A stretch of DNA of 63,106 nt from an archaeon GW2011_AR19 (GCA_000806015.1 JWKY01000007.1:1-63106); one strand, 5' to 3'; counted from the first letter of the stretch, positions 28,233 to 36,081 are shown. The notes: a model not told the origin generated them from the sequence alone. Program-made: numbers and translations.

Positions 28233-28303
28233 TATGCAAAACCTCCTGTTTTGTATTTGATATTTTTTATCATTATGCAAAACCTCCTGTTTTTTATTTC
28301 CAT
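28232..28303 (-). promoter_or_regulatory. Duplicated rpoB translation-initiation region forming a 23-codon uORF that ends in TAATG on the rpoB start
   Basis: The 23-nt cattatgcaaaacctcctgtttt occurs at 28230..28252 and 28271..28293. On the minus strand, ATGGAAATAAAAAAC occurs at both 28303 and 28232. The uORF encodes MEIKNRRFCIMIKNIKYKTGGFA*. Confidence 0.6.
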
Positions 28304-28304
28304 T

Positions 28305-28517
28305 TTATATTACAGCCCTAAAATAAATATTTACTTTATTATTTTCAGGTTCTTCTCTTTCTATCTTAATAATGTCCCCGATTTTACAACCGGAAGGTAA
28401 AGCAGGATCAGTTAAAAATATCTTTGGCAATTGAGCCTTTGAAACATTAAATTTAGTAAGAAGTTCATTTGCTTCTTTTTCATTCAGTTTTATGTGTTTT
28501 GGCTGTAGAATATACAT
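28305..28517 (-). CDS. rpoH: RNA polymerase subunit H (Rpb5-like)
   Basis: 70 aa with PKHIKLNEKEANELLTKFNVSKAQLPKI...DPA....KIGDIIKIER. It sits directly upstream of rpoB. Confidence 0.85.
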   Translation of the reverse strand: MYILQPKHIKLNEKEANELLTKFNVSKAQLPKIFLTDPALPSGCKIGDIIKIEREEPENNKVNIYFRAVI

Positions 28518-28813
28518 TTTTTTAGGGGTTTATGGAAGATAATTGCAAATGAGTTTAATGACTAATTAATAATAAAAAGAACTTAAAAATGGTTTTTAAA
28601 CCTTTCTGCTTATGAGTTTAAAAGGGAATTTGACGTTGTCAGAGTTCTTTTTAATAATTTTATCCAAATCTTCTCATTTTTATTAAATAAATATCAATTA
28701 AAATTTAGAGTATTCAGTAAGATACTTTTATAAATTAATTTCTTTTAAATTGTTTAATGGCTCCTCCGAAGCCATACTCTTGTGGTTCGGAGAGAAAAGA
28801 TAGTCAAGAGGAT

Positions 28814-28930
28814 GGCTCCGTAGCTCAGTTTGGTAGAGCACCGGACTTTTATGCGAAAACAAGTTTTCACGTGCTTCGTGAAAATCACAAAGCAATCCGG
28901 GTGTCGCGGGTTCAAATCCCGTCGGGGCCA
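28814..28930 (+). tRNA. tRNA-Lys (anticodon TTT) with a 43-nt intron at position 37/38 (about 28852..28894)
   Basis: The hand fold gives acceptor GGCTCCG/CGGGGCC, D arm GCTC-AGTTTGGTA-GAGC and anticodon stem CCGGA/TCCGG. The anticodon loop is CT-TTT-A[intron]A and the T arm is GCGGG-TTCAAAT-CCCGT. Confidence 0.85.
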
Positions 28931-28958
28931 TTTATCATATTGAAAATATGCTTGTCTC

Positions 28959-29011
28959 GGATTTGAAGAGCGACGTGTCGTGGGCGAGCGTTTTGACTTT
29001 GAGAAACTTTT
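28959..29011. repeat. Dispersed repeat with an inverted partner at 36794..36840
   Basis: A 30-nt stretch, gggcgagcgttttgactttgagaaactttt, is identical to the reverse complement of the partner. Confidence 0.8.
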
Positions 29012-29037
29012 GTTTTTATTTTTTTATTGATAACAAA

Positions 29038-29072
29038 GTCAGGACGGGAGTAAAATCCCGTCGGGGCCATTT
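29038..29072 (+). repeat. Duplicated tRNA-Lys 3' fragment (att-like direct repeat)
   Basis: aaatcccgtcggggccattt (29053..29072) is identical to 28914..28933 of the tRNA gene and its flank. Confidence 0.8.
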
Positions 29073-29074
29073 TA

Positions 29075-29250
29075 TATTTAATCGGGATTTGAACAATTCA
29101 AATCCTACTCCCGACCCCGCACGCGGGTTTTTTTAGAAAGGGATCACTACATTCACCCTCGTTCGTCTGTGAGCCAAACGAAAGAAACGCTACAAAATAA
29201 AAGAAAATTGCAATACCCGCTACCACGAAGTCGTTCGGTCGGGGCTATTT
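29075..29250. repeat. GC-richer mosaic repeat block
   Basis: It starts with the palindrome gggatttgaacaattcaaatcc, built from the tRNA T-loop sequence and its complement. It continues with ctcccgaccccgcacg and ends with ctaccacgaagtcgttcggtcgggg, as at 20782..20869. Confidence 0.65.
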
Positions 29251-30900
29251 TTATATTTTATTAGAATTTGAATTCTTGGATTTTTTCCGAATAAACTTAA
29301 ACCCCTCAAAAGCCACAAAAATTCCCAATACAAACATTCCAAGGGAGATTGTAGTTAAAGCAAAATTTCCTTGATTAAAATATCCGTTAGTTCTAAATGT
29401 TAAATAAATTAAAGCCGACAAAGTTGTTAATAAAACAAAAACTGCAGGAATTAAAATAAATTTAACATTTCTTTTTCTTGAGATAAAAAAACACGAAACT
29501 GCAATCAAAGAAATTGACGCAATCAGCTGATTTGAAGAGCCAAAAAGTTTCCATAAAGTTTCATAAGAATTTGTTACTGCCAAAAGCCAGGCAGGAATTA
29601 AAGTCAGTATTGTTGTCAAAAATCTGTTTTTAAATTTTGGAAAAAGATTTTCAGAAATCACCATCCTCCCCAATCTTGCAGAAGTGTCAACGGTTGTTAA
29701 AATAAATTGATTCACCATTATTGCTCCGAGAAGCACAGCAAAACTAATTGTTATTAAAGGAATACCAATACTCCCGACGATGTTTCCATAGCCGGAAGAA
29801 AATAAAGCAACCCATCCTTCTTTTAATGTTGCTTGAAAACCTCCGGAAATTTCACTTCCCCATTTTACTCCGGAGATAACTAAAACTGTGACTAAAATTG
29901 CAAGCGCCCCCTCTCCGAGCATTGAACCATAGCCGACCGCTTTTCCATGCGATTCTTTTGAAAGCTGTTTGCTTGTTAATCCCGACGAGACAAGTCCATG
30001 AAATCCAGAAACAGCGCCGCACGCAATAGTTATAAATAAAATTGGCCAGAGTGGAAAATTTCCTGAAATATAAATCGGCGCGCTGATTTTTGGATGCACC
30101 AAAATAATTCCTATAAATCCAAGAATCATAAGAATAAATAGCTGAATAGAACTCAAATAATCTCTTGGTCTTAAAAGAAGCCAGACAGGAGTTACCGACG
30201 CTATTCCGGCATAAAGAAGGATTATTGAAATCCAGATATTTCTCAGCAAAACAGGATTTTCAATTCCAAGATTAAGAGGATATTTATTTCCAATAAAAAT
30301 AAAAATAAAAACAAGAATAATTGCAATAATGCTTGAAATTTTATAATTCCATTTTAATTTTTCCACTCCAAATCCAAGAACCAGCGCAATTACTGAAATT
30401 GCAATCAGCGGAAGAACTAATTCTGATTTATAGATTATGCTTTCTGCCGTTGAAACAGAAAAAACAGTGATAATTAATACAAGCGCGACCCAAATCATTG
30501 CTCCAAAAACCCAGCCTGGTTTTGAACCTAAAAAATCTTTTGCAATATTTGAAACTCCTTTTGCTTTATTTCTTACTGAAGCCATTAAAGTTACATAATC
30601 ATGCATTGCGCCGATGAAAACTGCGCCGATTGAAATCCAAAGAACAACTGCAAGCCACCCAAAATAACTTACTGCTAAAATTGGTCCGATTATTGGTCCG
30701 GCTCCCGCAATTGATTCAAAATGATGCCCGATTAAAAATGGTTTTTTTGCAGGAGAAAAATCAATTTTATTTTTGCTGGTTAAAGCAGGAGTTTTATTTT
30801 TATCATTTGGCTTAATTTGTTTTTCAATAAATCTCCCGTAAATTTTATATCCAAGAAAAAACCACAACAAAATTATTATGATTAATAATGCAGAGTTCAT
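29251..30900 (-). CDS. cstA: Carbon starvation protein CstA-family transporter
   Basis: 549 aa and polytopic, with the CstA N-terminal signature GHHFESIAGAGPIIGPILAVSYFGW. Confidence 0.85.
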   Translation of the reverse strand: MNSALLIIIILLWFFLGYKIYGRFIEKQIKPNDKNKTPALTSKNKIDFSPAKKPFLIGHHFESIAGAGPIIGPILAVSYFGWLAVVLWISIGAVFIGAMHDYVTLMASVRNKAKGVSNIAKDFLGSKPGWVFGAMIWVALVLIITVFSVSTAESIIYKSELVLPLIAISVIALVLGFGVEKLKWNYKISSIIAIILVFIFIFIGNKYPLNLGIENPVLLRNIWISIILLYAGIASVTPVWLLLRPRDYLSSIQLFILMILGFIGIILVHPKISAPIYISGNFPLWPILFITIACGAVSGFHGLVSSGLTSKQLSKESHGKAVGYGSMLGEGALAILVTVLVISGVKWGSEISGGFQATLKEGWVALFSSGYGNIVGSIGIPLITISFAVLLGAIMVNQFILTTVDTSARLGRMVISENLFPKFKNRFLTTILTLIPAWLLAVTNSYETLWKLFGSSNQLIASISLIAVSCFFISRKRNVKFILIPAVFVLLTTLSALIYLTFRTNGYFNQGNFALTTISLGMFVLGIFVAFEGFKFIRKKSKNSNSNKI

Positions 30901-30977
30901 TTTTCACCTTTAAATATATAAGAAAAAACGATTTATAAATTTTGAGAAATTTAGAATGATTCCTTAAATTGTCCAAA

Positions 30978-31274
30978 TCAGTTAATCTGAAAAAATCCTT
31001 CTTTAAATTTTTCTTTAATTTCTTCTTTTGAAAAAGGATGTAAAACTTTTGCAAGATCTTTTTTCCATCTTCCAACTCTTGTTATGTTTTTCCCTTCAAT
31101 TAAATAAGCTGAATGGATTTCGTATTTTCTATCAAATCTGCTAAAATATGAAGTTGTAACATATTCAGCATCACCATTGGCAGGTTCTATTAAATAGATA
31201 GTTTCCACATATCCGAAATTATTTTTCGTTTTTTCACCTCGTCTTATTTTAGCCGGCCAAATCATTTCCGCCAT
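30978..31274 (-). CDS. Small unknown protein (98 aa), gene 9 of the small-gene operon
   Basis: ORF lying 1 nt after the upstream gene. Confidence 0.45.
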   Translation of the reverse strand: MAEMIWPAKIRRGEKTKNNFGYVETIYLIEPANGDAEYVTTSYFSRFDRKYEIHSAYLIEGKNITRVGRWKKDLAKVLHPFSKEEIKEKFKEGFFQIN

Positions 31275-31275
31275 T

Positions 31276-31524
31276 TTAATTATCCTTGCTCATTTCATTT
31301 AATCCTAAATGATGCCTTTTAGGAAAACGTATGTCTTCAAAACTTCTGTGTAAAAGCTTTAAATTTTTGTCGTTAAAATAAATATATGTTCTGTGTTCTG
31401 TCAGTTCATTTTGCATTTCTTTCTTTGCGTCAAAATAAGCAAATTCCGAAAAATTCCTCACATTATAAATAATTCCTTCAAATTCATTTCCCGTTTCTAT
31501 ATTGCCTAAATTTTCATTTGTCAT
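31276..31524 (-). CDS. Small unknown protein (82 aa), gene 8
   Basis: ORF that starts with aaaATGACAAA, as do several neighbours. Confidence 0.45.
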   Translation of the reverse strand: MTNENLGNIETGNEFEGIIYNVRNFSEFAYFDAKKEMQNELTEHRTYIYFNDKNLKLLHRSFEDIRFPKRHHLGLNEMSKDN

Positions 31525-31525
31525 T

Positions 31526-31750
31526 TTAATTTCCCCTTATTTTTTCAGCGTCAATAAAATCATAATCTGTCAATTCTTTGTTTATTACTTTATCTGTTTT
31601 ACGCTCGTATTTTATCAAATAATTTTCCTTATATGCAATCTTAACGCTATCTCCATCGTCAAACTTTTCCCATAATTTTTTATATTTATCTTCTTCTCCA
31701 ATAATAGGAAATTTGTTTCCGTGTTCGCATCTAAAAACAATTCCCCACAT
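31526..31750 (-). CDS. Small unknown protein (74 aa), gene 7; may be the C-terminal part of a frameshifted lipoprotein
   Basis: Protein-like ORF (MWGIVFRCEHGNKFPIIGEEDKYKKLWEKF..) that overlaps 31615..31884 by 136 nt in another frame. Confidence 0.45.
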   Translation of the reverse strand: MWGIVFRCEHGNKFPIIGEEDKYKKLWEKFDDGDSVKIAYKENYLIKYERKTDKVINKELTDYDFIDAEKIRGN

Positions 31751-31884
31751 TTCAGGGAAGGTTGTTGAATTAACTGAAATCGCAATATCTCCTCCTCATT
31801 TTTTGTATATTCTGAACATCCATTTAACATAATGCTTACTGCGGGAATCATTACAAGTTTTGTTAAATTTTTTAATGTTTTCAT
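31615..31884 (-). CDS. Putative lipoprotein precursor (lipobox LNGC); its 3' half is of doubtful coding quality
   Basis: The signal/lipobox reads MKTLKNLTKLVMIPAVSIMLNGCS. The start overlaps the upstream gene by ATGA. Confidence 0.4.
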   Translation of the reverse strand: MKTLKNLTKLVMIPAVSIMLNGCSEYTKNEEEILRFQLIQQPSLKCGELFLDANTETNFLLLEKKINIKNYGKSLTMEIALRLHIRKII

Positions 31885-32138
31885 TTTTTATTTTTATTAG
31901 TTTGATTATAAATTTCTTTTGCAGCCAAATATGCCCCAAAAGAAGAAACTTTAGATACAAATGGCAAGTTTTTGTAGATTTCCATTCTGTCTTTAGCGAT
32001 TTCATTTTTATATTCTTCTTTTAAATTTTTCAGAAAATTATTTTCTTGGCTATATGAAGAATAATTAAAAGCTCCAAAATATCCCCCGCATATTATAAGT
32101 CCCCCGATTATAACCTTTAAAAGATTTTTTTGATTCAT
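31881..32138 (-). CDS. Small membrane-anchored protein (85 aa), gene 5
   Basis: Has an N-terminal TM segment LLKVIIGGLIICGGYFGAF. Confidence 0.45.
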   Translation of the reverse strand: MNQKNLLKVIIGGLIICGGYFGAFNYSSYSQENNFLKNLKEEYKNEIAKDRMEIYKNLPFVSKVSSFGAYLAAKEIYNQTNKNKK

Positions 32139-32139
32139 C

Positions 32140-32394
32140 TTAATCCTCTGTCAAAATCTTTTCCAAGTTTTTTAAAGTTGAGCTTTTTCTTTCGCCAAGA
32201 GATTCTGAAACTGCTTTGTCAGTTAAGTAATTTTGGTAAGCTAAGGTAAGCTTATTATAAAGCTCCATTTTTTCTTGAATTTTTTTCTTTTTGTCATCGG
32301 TTAATTTATTAAATTCTTCCTGAGGCATTTTAGGGATTATTTCTCCAATATAAAGATCTTTTAGCTCTCCCTTGACTTTTTTGCTTCCGCCCAT
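32140..32394 (-). CDS. Small charged helical protein (84 aa), gene 4
   Basis: ORF. Confidence 0.45.
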   Translation of the reverse strand: MGGSKKVKGELKDLYIGEIIPKMPQEEFNKLTDDKKKKIQEKMELYNKLTLAYQNYLTDKAVSESLGERKSSTLKNLEKILTED

Positions 32395-32417
32395 TAATTC
32401 TGAGTATAAGTCGCTGA

Positions 32418-32666
32418 CTAATCTCTAAATAAATCATTTTCCTCGCCAGATTCTAAATCATAATTTTTCAAGCCCGAATTAAATGAAGGCAGATATTTAA
32501 ATTTCTCAACAGCAGAACCTCCTGCCTCGCCATAACCTCCGGACTCTTCAACTAAAAAAGCGCTTGCTAAATTCATTAAGTTCCCAGCTTTCAAATTCTT
32601 CAAAGCAATTTTTCTTATTCTTTCTTTTGCTTCTTCAATTTCTTGCGGTGTTGGTTGGTTTGTCAT
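32418..32666 (-). CDS. Small unknown protein (82 aa), gene 3
   Basis: ORF whose start overlaps the upstream gene by 4 nt. Confidence 0.45.
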   Translation of the reverse strand: MTNQPTPQEIEEAKERIRKIALKNLKAGNLMNLASAFLVEESGGYGEAGGSAVEKFKYLPSFNSGLKNYDLESGEENDLFRD

Positions 32667-33019
32667 TTTGTTTTTGAATTTATTTTATTTAAGTAATTAG
32701 TATATTTCTTTTGGTATCTCTTAATCTCTTTTTTATCTCCTTCAGATCTGGAATAAGCATGTGCTTCGTTTGCTTTACAAACCCCATTAATAGGACGGGA
32801 ATAAACATAAACACCATCTATAGAATCTTTATTATGATATGAACTATAAATAAAAACAGAATCGTTGGTTATTACTTTAAGCGGGTCTGCTAAAGAAAGA
32901 TTATATTTTACAATTTCTCCATCAAGATTATACTTTTTATAGCCATCAAACAAAATCACACTTCCAGCTAAAGATAAACCCAATCCAATTCCAAGTAGTT
33001 TACTAATTAAATTTGTCAT
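32663..33019 (-). CDS. Membrane-anchored unknown protein (118 aa), gene 2
   Basis: Has an N-terminal TM segment LLGIGLGLSLAGSVILF. Confidence 0.45.
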   Translation of the reverse strand: MTNLISKLLGIGLGLSLAGSVILFDGYKKYNLDGEIVKYNLSLADPLKVITNDSVFIYSSYHNKDSIDGVYVYSRPINGVCKANEAHAYSRSEGDKKEIKRYQKKYTNYLNKINSKTK

Positions 33020-33020
33020 T

Positions 33021-33524
33021 TTATTTCTGCTCTCCTTCTAATTTATCTTCCAAATTTCTTTTTTTAAAAGCGTTTTTAATTAATTTTGGAACATTCTTTA
33101 ATCCGTAAATCTGAATAAAAGGGAAATAATTATCCCCGAGTTCATTATATAATCCTGCCTGCAATACAAAAGCGTCTTTGTTTTCTTCTTTTATAATATT
33201 TGCAAGGGTCCCATATTGAAATAAAAAATCTTTAACACCTTTAGAATAATTAAAAACTCCTGCAATATTTGCTCCCTTTGAATCCCCGTCAATTTTATTT
33301 ACAAGTCCTGCAATATTTGTTCCCTTTGAATCTCCTTTAATTAAATTTACCCATGCAATATTTGCTCCCTTTGAATCCCCATCAATTTCATTTTCAAATA
33401 AGGTAATATTTGCTCCCTTTGAATCTCCTTCAACATTTTTATACAGCAAATTAAAATCAGCTCCGCTAAAAGTTTTATATTTTGACCAAATAAATGGAAT
33501 TTTTAGGTATTTTTGTTCTGTCAT
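33021..33524 (-). CDS. Repeat protein (167 aa) with four tandem 15-16-aa GDSKGANIA repeats, gene 1
   Basis: The repeats read EGDSKGANITLFENEID / GDSKGANIAWVNLIK / GDSKGTNIAGLVNKID / GDSKGANIAGVFNYSK. Confidence 0.5.
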   Translation of the reverse strand: MTEQKYLKIPFIWSKYKTFSGADFNLLYKNVEGDSKGANITLFENEIDGDSKGANIAWVNLIKGDSKGTNIAGLVNKIDGDSKGANIAGVFNYSKGVKDFLFQYGTLANIIKEENKDAFVLQAGLYNELGDNYFPFIQIYGLKNVPKLIKNAFKKRNLEDKLEGEQK

Positions 33525-33681
33525 TTTATTTTTATCTATTTAACTACTTAATAGTTAATATTTATAATTATTACAAGATATGGGGGTTTATAAATGTTTT
33601 GGTTATGTTGTAACTTGATAGAAATAACAATTTAAAAGAGAATAAATACAAAATCTTTAATAACTCTTTCCTTCTTTATAA

Positions 33682-34062
33682 TTGATGAAAAAAGATTACA
33701 ATGCAGAAATAAAAGAATTAACTGCGAAATTATCCAAGAATAGTTCAATTCTTGCGATTTATCTTTTTGGAAGTTATCCTGAAAATTTTCGCCCAATGTC
33801 GGATATAGATATTTGCGTTATTGGGCAATTAAATAAAATTCAAAAAAAGAAGATTTTAAGGGATTTTTCAGAGAAATTTGATATTTCGTTTTTTGATGAA
33901 CTGCCAATTACAATAAAAATCAAGGTTTTCAGCGAAGGAAAAGAACTTTTTTCCAAAGATAAAGAAAAATTGCATGAGCTTAAATGGAAAACTTTTTATC
34001 AATACAGAGAAATTGCTCCATTCATACAACAAAGAATAGATTCTATGCTTCAAAATGCTTAA
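33682..34062 (+). CDS. Minimal nucleotidyltransferase (MNT) antitoxin
   Basis: Contains LAIYLFGSYPENFRPMSDIDICVIG and overlaps the HEPN gene by 8 nt. Confidence 0.75.
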   Translation: MMKKDYNAEIKELTAKLSKNSSILAIYLFGSYPENFRPMSDIDICVIGQLNKIQKKKILRDFSEKFDISFFDELPITIKIKVFSEGKELFSKDKEKLHELKWKTFYQYREIAPFIQQRIDSMLQNA

Positions 34063-34468
34063 CAAAGAAAGATTAAATTTTATTGTTGAAGATGTAAACA
34101 TTTATTTTGAAAAGTTAAGAAAAATTTCTCCGACAAAAGAAAATTTGAATAATGATGAAAAATTTCTATCAACTTCTATGGCAATTTTTCAAATTCTAAA
34201 TAGAATGATTGATTTAGCAGACGAAATAGTTAAAATTGAGAAGATTGGCTATCCTCTTCAAATAAAAGATTTATTTACCTTTTTAAAAGAAAAAAACATT
34301 ATTGACAAAAAACTTGAAAGAAAGCTAAAAGATTTAGTAATTTCAAGAAATAAATTTTCTCACAGATACGGAAATATAAACAAAGAAGAAATTTTATTAA
34401 TATTAAAAGAATTAGATTCTGTAAAGAATTTTATTAAAGTTATTCTCGCGCATTTAAATAAAAAATAG
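34055..34468 (+). CDS. HEPN (DUF86-type) toxin
   Basis: Has the R-x4-H motif ISRNKFSHRYG. Confidence 0.7.
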   Translation: MLNKERLNFIVEDVNIYFEKLRKISPTKENLNNDEKFLSTSMAIFQILNRMIDLADEIVKIEKIGYPLQIKDLFTFLKEKNIIDKKLERKLKDLVISRNKFSHRYGNINKEEILLILKELDSVKNFIKVILAHLNKK

Positions 34469-34516
34469 TCTTAAGAAACTTCATAAATTTGTTAAATTTT
34501 TTCTCCGCAATCTGTT

Positions 34517-34765
34517 TTAATTATAAATATTCTTTCTATGTCCGATTCTAATTACAATAATTTTATTCATAGAAACAACGACATCTACAATAGCCCGATA
34601 GTCCATAATTCTTAATCTCCATAATTTCTCGCCTTGTAATCTTTTAAGATATCTGAATGGATTTTCTCTAACTGAATAAATTTTTTTTAAAATAATTTCA
34701 GCATCATCTTTTTGCAATTTTTTAAGAAAAGTTTTTGCTATTTCAGTAATCTCTATCTGAAACAT
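34517..34765 (-). CDS. RelE/ParE-superfamily toxin
   Basis: Contains ..RENPFRYLKRLQGEKLWRLRIMDYRAIVDV...IIVIRIGHRKNIY. Confidence 0.7.
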   Translation of the reverse strand: MFQIEITEIAKTFLKKLQKDDAEIILKKIYSVRENPFRYLKRLQGEKLWRLRIMDYRAIVDVVVSMNKIIVIRIGHRKNIYN

Positions 34766-34766
34766 T

Positions 34767-35003
34767 TTATTTTAAAGTTATCCCTAACTCTTTTGCAACT
34801 TGTTCAATAGGTTTTATTTTCCCCATTTTAACATCTTCTAAACCTTTTTTTATTTCTTCGATTTCATCATCGCTTAAATTCTCCTCTTCGCAATTATCTA
34901 TTATTGTATTCAGTACTTCATCATAAGATTGTCTTTCAAAATTTTTAAGAGCTTTTAGTCTATTTAATGTTTCAAGATTGATTTGTATTGTTGTTTTTTC
35001 CAT
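34767..35003 (-). CDS. Putative antitoxin
   Basis: 78 aa, lying 1 nt upstream of the RelE-like gene. Confidence 0.5.
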   Translation of the reverse strand: MEKTTIQINLETLNRLKALKNFERQSYDEVLNTIIDNCEEENLSDDEIEEIKKGLEDVKMGKIKPIEQVAKELGITLK

Positions 35004-35092
35004 GTTATATAGTAACTATAACAGGTATATAAACCTTTTTATTTTTAGATATGATGAGGGTGTTTAAGAAATCTATCCCAAAAATTCATAAG

Positions 35093-35216
35093 AATAAATT
35101 TTCATACTGAAAATTCATAATCACAAATCGTTGTTTGCTCAAATACCCTAAAACAAGGGCATAAATAAATTTTCATACAACTAATTCATAATCACAAATT
35201 GTTATTTGTTCAAATA
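35093..35216. repeat. Two diverged copies (about 35093..35145 and 35165..35216) of the 49-nt repeat, inverted relative to 37245..37342
   Basis: ttcatactgaaaattcataatcacaaatcgttgtttgctcaaata matches the reverse complement of tatttgaacaaacaacgatttgtgattatgaatttttagtat. Confidence 0.8.
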
Positions 35217-35221
35217 AATTT

Positions 35222-35752
35222 TTATGCTAAAAATTTATAATCAACTCTTGTCCTGCAAGGCAATTTTGGTTTAAGTTGTTTTATTATTTTTCTTGTAAAG
35301 ATTACTGCTTTTTCATTTGGAACAGCAATAAAAAAAATCCTGTCTCCGGGTTTAACAACCGCGGCTTTGCCAATAGACTTGCCAAAAGATAATTGCATTC
35401 CTGTCTGCATTCTATCTGCTCCAGCTCCTGTAATCATTTTATTTTCTCTCTGAATCTGGTGCGGATAAGGAATAATTTTAAAATAAAATTGACCGGGAAA
35501 TTTCTCCTCCAATTCTTTATGAAGATGCCGCCTGCAGGCTTCAATAGCATTATGTCTTATCTGAACTTTTTCGCAGGAAACCAGCGTTAAATGATGTTTT
35601 AATTTAGAAAGATTATTATTCCCCATCGTGAATTTTGTAATGCTCTGCGGCGGAATTGTTTTAATATATGCCTTATTTTTTATACTGCTATTTCTAGTGA
35701 AGGGAGTAACGTTCTTTTTTGAATACGAATTTGCTTTTCTTAAGGTCGCCAT
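35222..35752 (-). CDS. rpl10e: Ribosomal protein L10e (uL16)
   Basis: Contains ..IRHNAIEACRRHLHKELE......IPYPHQIQRENKMITGAGADRMQTGM...GK..G.AA.V.PG..I. Confidence 0.85.
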   Translation of the reverse strand: MATLRKANSYSKKNVTPFTRNSSIKNKAYIKTIPPQSITKFTMGNNNLSKLKHHLTLVSCEKVQIRHNAIEACRRHLHKELEEKFPGQFYFKIIPYPHQIQRENKMITGAGADRMQTGMQLSFGKSIGKAAVVKPGDRIFFIAVPNEKAVIFTRKIIKQLKPKLPCRTRVDYKFLA

Positions 35753-35815
35753 TTTTTCTCCTTGTTTGAATGGGGAACTTCAGACGAAATTTTAATTTCA
35801 GTCAAGGTCGCCATT

Positions 35816-36079
35816 TTATTCTGTTGCCATTTCCATTAATTTATTTTTTATTTCTTTGCTTATTGAGTTTGGAATAATCATTTTATCAATATAAACATTT
35901 TTTTGTGAAGAAGTAAAATATCCTCTTGCTGATTTAAGCGAAATTCCCGATGAATAATATTTTTTTACAACTCTTAAATTTCTTCCTTCTATTTGATGGG
36001 TGCCGTATAAACCAGATAAATAATTCTCAATGAAACTTAAATTTCCAGGTTCTACATTAATTAAAATTTTATTTTTCAT
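35816..36079 (-). CDS. Small unknown protein (87 aa), second gene of a two-gene cassette between L35Ae and L10e
   Basis: ORF lying 2 nt after its partner. Size, order and C-terminal helix pattern parallel 24387..24638. Confidence 0.5.
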   Translation of the reverse strand: MKNKILINVEPGNLSFIENYLSGLYGTHQIEGRNLRVVKKYYSSGISLKSARGYFTSSQKNVYIDKMIIPNSISKEIKNKLMEMATE

Positions 36080-36081
36080 TT

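Noticed and set aside
24975-28280. ORF-track start of rpoB at 28280 (MHNDKKYQIQNRRFCIMEIKN...)
   Set aside because: The extra 16 codons are generated by the duplicated leader. The downstream ATG at 28232 has the GGAGG spacing and a typical RpoB N-terminus.
28728-29136. ORFs 28728..28931 (-), 28757..28966 (+) and 28948..29136 (+)
   Set aside because: They run through the tRNA-Lys gene and the tRNA-derived repeat block, and their apparent coding potential comes from the GC-richer RNA and repeat sequence.
28950-29250. Split-tRNA halves (Nanoarchaeum-style) as an explanation for the tRNA fragments here and at 48030..48051 and 52127..52270
   Set aside because: The fragments lack an intact T stem and an anticodon-stem half. 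They have no complementary GC-rich leader or trailer. They also duplicate the 3' ends of tRNAs that are already complete next door.
30845-31075. ORF 30845..31075 (-)
   Set aside because: It overlaps the cstA start and gene 9 of the small-gene operon in another frame, and its sequence is K/L/F-rich and low-complexity.
31796-32005. ORF 31796..32005 (-)
   Set aside because: It is an alternative frame across genes 5 and 6 of the operon, with no signal or coherent pattern.
35051-35110. Candidate C/D-box sRNA (atgatga ... ctga about 55 nt apart)
   Set aside because: It has no terminal stem and no convincing C'/D' boxes, and the 3' part belongs to the 49-nt repeat. This is insufficient evidence.
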